Shown here: one piece after another, positions 58,697 to 64,000 of the stretch | How the letters are laid out: every line of letters begins with the position of its first letter | Position numbering within the stretch: the first letter of the stretch is position 1 | Origin: Bacteroidales bacterium | GTDB taxonomy: Bacteria; Bacteroidota; Bacteroidia; Bacteroidales; UBA932 | NCBI GenBank assembly: GCA_017454335.1 | Contig: JAFTDE010000060.1 | Coordinates: 13,102 to 77,101 of the forward strand | DNA: 64,000 nt | Reading direction: 5' to 3' | Position numbers and translations under genes: made by a program | Notes under the pieces: model-generated | Database searches by the model: none | Seen by the model: only the letters and a program-made list of their open reading frames with translations | Told to the model about the DNA's origin: nothing

Positions 58697-59023
58697 TTAT
58701 AGCCTACCCTTCATTTCCTCGCGGCGTTTCAGGTAATACGCGTGCCGCTTGGGATTCTCCGGGAACCAGCCGCGCAGTACACGCTTTTCCTGCAGGAACA
58801 TCTCGTGGATGCCCCAGAAGCAGCAAAAAGCAAAACCGCCGATGATGATCGAGATGATGTCGTCCGGCACGAAAAGGGATGCCGTGCTGAAGGCCATACC
58901 CGCCACGAGCCATATCCACCAGCTCTGCCTGCCCCAATGGTATTCCATCTTGATGACAAGGGGATGGCATATGCCGATGCTCAGGAACACGGCTGCGCCT
59001 ATGATGATTCCGTTGAAATTCAT
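58697..59023 (-). CDS. DUF4491 family membrane protein
   Basis: IGICHPLVIKMEY and QEKRVLRGWFPENPKR motifs. Confidence 0.8.
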   Translation of the reverse strand: MNFNGIIIGAAVFLSIGICHPLVIKMEYHWGRQSWWIWLVAGMAFSTASLFVPDDIISIIIGGFAFCCFWGIHEMFLQEKRVLRGWFPENPKRHAYYLKRREEMKGRL

Positions 59024-59104
59024 TTGTCCGTACCGTAGCTTGTCCGCGGCAAAGTTCGGCATAACAGATGGAATTATTTAGACCGGTATGGGAAGGAATT
59101 AGGA

Positions 59105-59653
59105 TTATCCTTGCATTTTCTTTCGGAAGGCCGATGGCGTCAGGGCAGTCTCTTTCTTGAAAAGGCGCGAGAAATAGGACTGGTCTTCCATGCCCACGGC
59201 GGCGGCGATGTCGATGACGGGGTCCCTGGTTTCAGCCAGTAGGCGTTTGGCCTTCTGGATACGTGCGATATTGATCCAGCCACCGACGCTGCGTCCCGTG
59301 GCATTCTTGACCAGACGGCTCAGGTAGTTTTCGCTGATGCCTGTCTCTGCGGCGTATGAGGCGAGGGTCCCGGGCAGCTGTCCCGGGTTGAAAGCCGACT
59401 CCAGAAAACGGCTGACAGCAACGGGATACGGGGCAGCCTGCATCGGCTTCAGGCGGGAAAGCAGCAGGTCGAGCCCTTTCTCGACAAACACTTGGTCGCC
59501 CTTTTCGAAGGCGATGGCGAGCATATTGAACAGTTCACCCATAAATGCGCCCTCGTCGAACCAGAAACCCTGGTGAAGCGGAGCTGAAAGATAGCGTATG
59601 GGCCTGGCGTCGGTCGAAGTATCCATTCTCCGGATGTAGAATGCGTGTTCCAT
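59105..59653 (-). CDS. AraC family regulator (short, possibly internally deleted)
   Basis: C-terminal ISENYLSRLVK..TG..RIQKAKRLL..DQSYFSRLFKK..TPSAFR. Confidence 0.8.
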   Translation of the reverse strand: MEHAFYIRRMDTSTDARPIRYLSAPLHQGFWFDEGAFMGELFNMLAIAFEKGDQVFVEKGLDLLLSRLKPMQAAPYPVAVSRFLESAFNPGQLPGTLASYAAETGISENYLSRLVKNATGRSVGGWINIARIQKAKRLLAETRDPVIDIAAAVGMEDQSYFSRLFKKETALTPSAFRKKMQG

Positions 59654-59663
59654 AATCTTTTTC

Positions 59664-60536
59664 CTACTGATACTCCAGCCCTTTGACTGCCACGCCGATG
59701 TTGACGGGGAAGGGTTCCATTTTGCCCAGGGCGGATTCCCGGAGATAGCTGCTCTTCAGGAATACGTTGAAGTCCATGGTCAGTTCCCCGGGCGAGCGCT
59801 CTTCGGCCGGCTTGGCCAGATAAGCCTGCAGGGCCTGAGGGTCATATCCGACGATCTGGAAGGCGACGAAGTATCGCCCGGGCTCCAGCAGTACGGGCTC
59901 GTCCGGGCGGATGTCGAGCTGCTGCGGATCGTCCGAAAGGGCTACTTCGAAATAAATGGGAGCGTGAAGCACATTGACAAACGATTCGTTCCGGCCTTCG
60001 ATGCGATAGATATTGAAAGAAGCGACACAGCCGGGAATGCTGTTGCTCCGCACGGTGAGCATGATATCCTGTACGAGGAAGGGTTTGACCGCCCGGGCGA
60101 CGGAACCCAGTTCCCGTCCCTGCGGATGCTCGCTCCGCAGCGCCGTGCTGACTACGCCCATGTTCTTCAGCACGTTCATTCCGGGACGCACGAGATATTT
60201 TTCCTTTGTGTCGCCCCCGGTGAATACGGCCGGCGGCAGTTCCTGCCCGTGGAGGACGATGAGCAAATCGTCTGCCGGGCCCGTAACGGGGAAGGAAGCC
60301 GGCTGGTAGGACACATGGAAGAATTCCAGCGTATCACAGGGGAGGGAGATCTCGAAGCGGCCATCCGCGTCGGAGATGGTTCCGATCTGCAGCCTGGGCA
60401 CCCCGAGTTGGACATATTCCACGGCGTCGCCCTGCTCGTTGACGATCCGCCCTTTGACGTCGACGCGATCCTGCGCTGACAGCAGCGCCGGAAGCATGGC
60501 AAATGCCAGCGCCAGTTCAATCCGCATAGATGTCAT
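59664..60536 (-). CDS. Secreted carboxypeptidase-regulatory-like domain protein
   Basis: Signal peptide; VKGRIVN..G..VEYV..GTISDADGRF..FHVSY. Confidence 0.75.
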   Translation of the reverse strand: MTSMRIELALAFAMLPALLSAQDRVDVKGRIVNEQGDAVEYVQLGVPRLQIGTISDADGRFEISLPCDTLEFFHVSYQPASFPVTGPADDLLIVLHGQELPPAVFTGGDTKEKYLVRPGMNVLKNMGVVSTALRSEHPQGRELGSVARAVKPFLVQDIMLTVRSNSIPGCVASFNIYRIEGRNESFVNVLHAPIYFEVALSDDPQQLDIRPDEPVLLEPGRYFVAFQIVGYDPQALQAYLAKPAEERSPGELTMDFNVFLKSSYLRESALGKMEPFPVNIGVAVKGLEYQ

Positions 60537-60759
60537 CCTCCATCATTGTGCCTTCCGGGTCGGGCTGGTAGTCCAGGATATCTCCCGGCCGGCAGTCCAG
60601 TACCTGGCAGAGCTTGTTGAGCGTGGTGAAACGGATGGCCCGGCCTTTCCCTGTCTTGAGCAGGGAAAGGTTCGTCACCGAGATGCCGATTCTTTCAGAC
60701 AGTTCCGAGAGCTTCATATGGCGCTCCCAGAGCATTTTATCGAGGTTGACGGTAATCAT
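60517..60759 (-). CDS. XRE/YozG-type helix-turn-helix regulator
   Basis: NLSLLKTGKGRAIRFTTL..LC..LDCRPGDIL motif. Confidence 0.9.
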   Translation of the reverse strand: MITVNLDKMLWERHMKLSELSERIGISVTNLSLLKTGKGRAIRFTTLNKLCQVLDCRPGDILDYQPDPEGTMMEDDIYAD

Positions 60760-61232
60760 ATCGCGAGCTTGCTGTCTTTTGCCGCCAGGTAGGCCATTTT
60801 GTAGAGTCCTGCGAAGAGGAGGACAATGAGGGGCACCAGGAAGGTGTTGGAATCCAGCATCAACGCGGATTCTCCGCTCACCACCGCATCGTAATTCGAG
60901 CGGACAAAGGTGAGAAGAGCGGCGACCAGGGCACTCCAGCGGATAAGCGCTATATTGGATTTGGGAAAGATATCGCCCGTTTCAATCCCTTGGTTGGTGC
61001 GACGCAGAAAAATGCAGCACAGAATGAAAAGTAGGGTGGCTCCGACGAAGCGCGCCGAGAGGATGAAGATCTGCCAGCCCCTGATGTCCGGATTCCACGT
61101 CAGGGGATAGATATAACTGTCCACCCACAGCTGGGCAAACATCTCCCAGTAAATGTAGGCGAGTGTCAGGCCGCCCAGGATGAGGGTGGCCACGGAGAGG
61201 CGCTTGATGTTCCTTTGTGTTGAATTGTTCAT
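60756..61232 (-). CDS. DUF2975 family membrane protein
   Basis: Four TM segments, GDIFPKSNI and C-terminal KDSKLAI; directly upstream of the YozG-type HTH gene. Confidence 0.75.
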   Translation of the reverse strand: MNNSTQRNIKRLSVATLILGGLTLAYIYWEMFAQLWVDSYIYPLTWNPDIRGWQIFILSARFVGATLLFILCCIFLRRTNQGIETGDIFPKSNIALIRWSALVAALLTFVRSNYDAVVSGESALMLDSNTFLVPLIVLLFAGLYKMAYLAAKDSKLAI

Positions 61233-61266
61233 GTCCTTATCTGTTTTGGTTTCCCGTATCGACAGA

Positions 61267-61325
61267 CAAAGATAATGCCAATTTTACGAAAAACATAAAA
61301 TATCTTTACGAGTTTCGTAAAATTG
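61267..61325 (-). promoter_or_regulatory. DUF2975-XRE operon promoter with tandem operators
   Basis: CAAAGATA at 61267-61274 (TATCTTTG on minus); TTTACG-N5-CATAAA at 61283-61299 and TTTACG-N5-CGTAAA at 61305-61321. Confidence 0.7.
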
Positions 61326-61349
61326 ACATCCAACTAACGAAGTAAGCGT

Positions 61350-61823
61350 CTATGCCGGATCGAACGTGATGCTTTCGATTCTCAGGCGCAGGATTCCGGA
61401 GGGGACCTGTGCTTCGGCGATTTCACCGACTTTCTTGCCCATCAGTGCGGCGCCGATCGGGGATTTCAACGAAATCCTGCCGGCCTCGAGGTCCATTTCG
61501 TGCGGGCTGACGATCTCGAATTTCATGCGTGCATTTGTCGCCAGGTTCGTGAATTCGACCCGGCTCAGCAGGCAGACCCTGTCTTTGGGGAGCATGTCGG
61601 GATCGATCACGCGGGAATGCTCCAGGACCTTCTGCAGGAAGCGGATGCGGCTGATGGTCTTCGCCTGGTTCCGCCTGGCTTCGCGGTATCCGGCATTATC
61701 ACTCCGGTCCCCCTGGGCACTGGCCTCCGCGAGGTCGTCCTTCACCTTGGGGTAAACCACCTCGATCAGCTGCTTCAGTTCGGCCGCTATCTCGTCGTAT
61801 CTTTGCTTTGACAGGTATTCCAT
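61350..61823 (-). CDS. GreA/GreB family transcription elongation factor
   Basis: GDRSDNAGY coiled-coil tip and ISLKSPIGAALMGKKVG. Confidence 0.9.
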   Translation of the reverse strand: MEYLSKQRYDEIAAELKQLIEVVYPKVKDDLAEASAQGDRSDNAGYREARRNQAKTISRIRFLQKVLEHSRVIDPDMLPKDRVCLLSRVEFTNLATNARMKFEIVSPHEMDLEAGRISLKSPIGAALMGKKVGEIAEAQVPSGILRLRIESITFDPA

Positions 61824-61962
61824 GACTCAAAACCGGGAAAGTTTAAACTTTACCAAAGCTGACCGGGATTCGCAAACGAGGTTTTCTTTATTCATAGTTT
61901 GGTCGCTCCAAGTCATGTCTAAGGTAGGCAAATTCCGTCACAAACCCAAATGATCGGCAAAA

Positions 61963-62139
61963 ATGCTTAACTTTACGCATACAAAAGCAAACAAATTGAC
62001 GGGACTTTTGCTTTTCCTTTCTGTCCCTACTGTGTTCTGGTCGACAGTTCCTCTTGCATTTGTCGCCGGTATCGCTTCATTCGCCGCCATGCAGGAAGGC
62101 CACTTGATCAGGACACGCAGGGGATTGAATTATATGTAA
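61963..62139 (+). pseudogene. 5'-truncated CDP-alcohol phosphatidyltransferase-family remnant
   Basis: 58-aa ORF below the track cutoff: HTKANKLTGLLLF...IASFAAMQEGHLIRT resembles the C-terminus of this family; the catalytic DG..AR region is absent. Confidence 0.6.
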
Positions 62140-62151
62140 CGCGTGCTTTTT

Positions 62152-62934
62152 ATGAGATTCAGGACTTTCGGCGAAAAAAACCATCCCAGTCTGATGCTGC
62201 TGCCCGGGCTTGGCGTGTCCTATGAGCTGTTCCTTCCGCTTATCGAACGGCTGAAGGATGATTTCTTCATTGTCGCGACAGAGGTCGATGGCTTTATCCT
62301 TGGCGAATTCACCTCATACACCAGTATCGACGACCAGGCGTCGCAGGCCAACGCCTATGTCAAAGAGAATCTGGACGCCCGCCTGGACTGCGCCTACGGC
62401 CTGTCCATGGGCGGAAAGATTCTGTCCCGGATGATGGAACGGGGGGAGGTCGTCATCAGCCATGCCGTACTGGATGCGGCTCCGCTGCTGCCTCTGCCGA
62501 AGTGGCTGGTGGGACCGTTGCGTTATTACCAGTGCGCGAATGTCTGGACCTGCTACCATTGGACCGGCTTCTGGAAATGGGTATTCCATTCCCATTACTT
62601 CGACGTGCTGCTGGACGAATGCAGGAAAGTGTGGCCATACGGAAAGGGGAGGGCGGTACTGGATGGCTATAAGGACATCTATACGCACAAACTGGAGCAT
62701 ATCGACGGGCCGGACATTCATTTCTGGTACGGCACCAAGGAAGCCTTTGTAGCCAAGTCGCAGGTCGAGCACTTGAAGGAGCTGCACCCGGAAACGAAAG
62801 TGGAAGTTTTCGAGGGGATGAACCACGGTCAGTTCCTGGCGGACCATCCGGAGGATGTGGCCGCAAGGATAAAAGCACTCTTATGCTTCATCAAGCAAGA
62901 TGGAAAAGAGGACACGCAATCTATAACCATATGA
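62152..62934 (+). CDS. Alpha/beta hydrolase fold protein
   Basis: LLPGLG, GLSMGG and MNHGQ motifs. Confidence 0.8.
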   Translation: MRFRTFGEKNHPSLMLLPGLGVSYELFLPLIERLKDDFFIVATEVDGFILGEFTSYTSIDDQASQANAYVKENLDARLDCAYGLSMGGKILSRMMERGEVVISHAVLDAAPLLPLPKWLVGPLRYYQCANVWTCYHWTGFWKWVFHSHYFDVLLDECRKVWPYGKGRAVLDGYKDIYTHKLEHIDGPDIHFWYGTKEAFVAKSQVEHLKELHPETKVEVFEGMNHGQFLADHPEDVAARIKALLCFIKQDGKEDTQSITI

Positions 62935-62940
62935 TATCCT

Positions 62941-63558
62941 ATGAAAGTATTACTTATAAACGGAAGTCCACGCGCAAAGGGCAATACTTCTGTTGCGCTG
63001 GCAGAGGTGGCAAAGCAATTGGAAAAGAACGGCATTGACAGCGAGACTGTCTGGATTGGCAATAAGCCCATCCGCGGGTGTATTGCCTGCAATCATTGTA
63101 AGCAGCACTCGGGAGCCTGTGTCTTCAACGACGATGTCTGCAATGGTATCAGCGCTAAATTCGCCGAATGCAATGCGTTAATTGTCGGCTCTCCGGTATA
63201 CTGGGGGCAGCCCAACGGTGCCTTGCTCTCCATCATTCAGCGGGCATTTTACTCCAACGGGGCGAATATTGCCGGGAAACCTGCTGCCGCGATTGCTGTC
63301 TGCAGAAGAGGCGGAGCTTCAGCATCGTTTGAGACCATGAATATGCCCTTCCAGATGATGAATATGCCCGTTGTCACTTCGCAGTATTGGAATATCGTCT
63401 ATGGACGTGAACCCGGTCAGGCGGCATTGGACACGGAAGGCATGCAGACGATGCGTGCCTTGGCAAACAATATGGCCTGGCTGCTGAAAGCGACTGACGG
63501 AAAGCCGGCGCCCGGGAGAGGCGCTGAGCCTTGGGAACCGATGCATTTTATCAGATAA
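62941..63558 (+). CDS. Iron-sulfur flavoprotein / flavodoxin family
   Basis: INGSPRAKGNT, CIACNHC..C..D, GSPVY and RRGG motifs. Confidence 0.9.
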   Translation: MKVLLINGSPRAKGNTSVALAEVAKQLEKNGIDSETVWIGNKPIRGCIACNHCKQHSGACVFNDDVCNGISAKFAECNALIVGSPVYWGQPNGALLSIIQRAFYSNGANIAGKPAAAIAVCRRGGASASFETMNMPFQMMNMPVVTSQYWNIVYGREPGQAALDTEGMQTMRALANNMAWLLKATDGKPAPGRGAEPWEPMHFIR

Positions 63559-63570
63559 ACTGGAGTCTAT

Positions 63571-63870
63571 ATGATTTGGTTGTTGATCGTTCTCGCGGTA
63601 ATCCCGGTTCTCATTGGGATAGCTTATCTTCGGGGGAAATGTGATGGGTTCATAGCCGGTTACAACACTTCTTCCCCCGAAAAGCAGAAGGAGTATGACA
63701 TCAAACGTCTGCGGCTCATTGTGGCCTGTTTTCATTTTGCACTGGCCGTCCTGTTCTTTCTCTACTTGATGAAGAACACTGACTTAGCAGCAACAATCCA
63801 TCTGTCCTGCGTGGCCATTCTGGCCGTCGTTGCGGTAGTTTCAGCCAATACCTGGGCGAAAAAGAGATAA
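63571..63870 (+). CDS. DUF3784 family membrane protein
   Basis: GK..FIAGYNT.S.EK..YD motif. Confidence 0.78.
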   Translation: MIWLLIVLAVIPVLIGIAYLRGKCDGFIAGYNTSSPEKQKEYDIKRLRLIVACFHFALAVLFFLYLMKNTDLAATIHLSCVAILAVVAVVSANTWAKKR

Positions 63871-63920
63871 TGCCCGATTTTGACTATCTTTGTTCTCATT
63901 CCGTTATAATTGATTCGATT

Positions 63921-64000
63921 ATGCAGTTTATTGTCAAAGCCTATGACGGGGAAGGCATGCTGGAAAAGAGGATGGCGGTCCGTCCGCGCCACCTGGAAGG
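63921..64000 (+). CDS. YciI family protein, partial (window edge)
   Basis: MQFIVKAYDGEGMLEKRMAVRPRHLE; TATCTTTG box in the upstream gap. Confidence 0.75.
   Translation, partial: MQFIVKAYDGEGMLEKRMAVRPRHLE

Noticed and set aside
62934-63921. Integron cassette array
   Set aside because: Spacers are short (6, 12 and 50 bp) with no shared attC-like inverted repeats.
1-64000. CRISPR arrays, tRNA/rRNA genes, IS elements, prophage or anti-phage defence genes
   Set aside because: None recognised; nearly all sequence is explained by CDS and short promoters. Small ncRNAs cannot be excluded without a covariance-model search.

Overview
High-GC, very gene-dense chromosomal segment from an anaerobic Bacteroidales-type bacterium. 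This is inferred from recurring TAnnTTTG promoter boxes, a TonB-dependent receptor, a GH138 enzyme and many lipoproteins. It holds about 58 CDS and two gene remnants; I saw no rRNA, tRNA, CRISPR array, transposase or integrase. Content: plant-glycan CAZymes (GH2, GH138, GH27, GH43), proline synthesis with an unusual ProC-ProB fusion plus proA, menA/menG, purC/purB, metal and K+ transporters, an ArnT-type envelope modification triad, a serpin and redox enzymes. The best candidate for an undescribed system is 38.5-44.8 kb: a beta-barrel / imelysin / di-heme DHOR / mini-CcsBA operon transcribed divergently from a RIC(YtfE)-like hemerythrin-LuxR regulator. Both promoters carry the same ATCC(C/A)-N8-GGGAT box exactly 22 nt upstream of an identical TAACTTTG. 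Window-wide, all 11 convergent junctions have gaps of 8 bp or less, several divergent promoters are back to back, and several starts look near-leaderless. All family assignments come from motif recognition by eye, not database searches.
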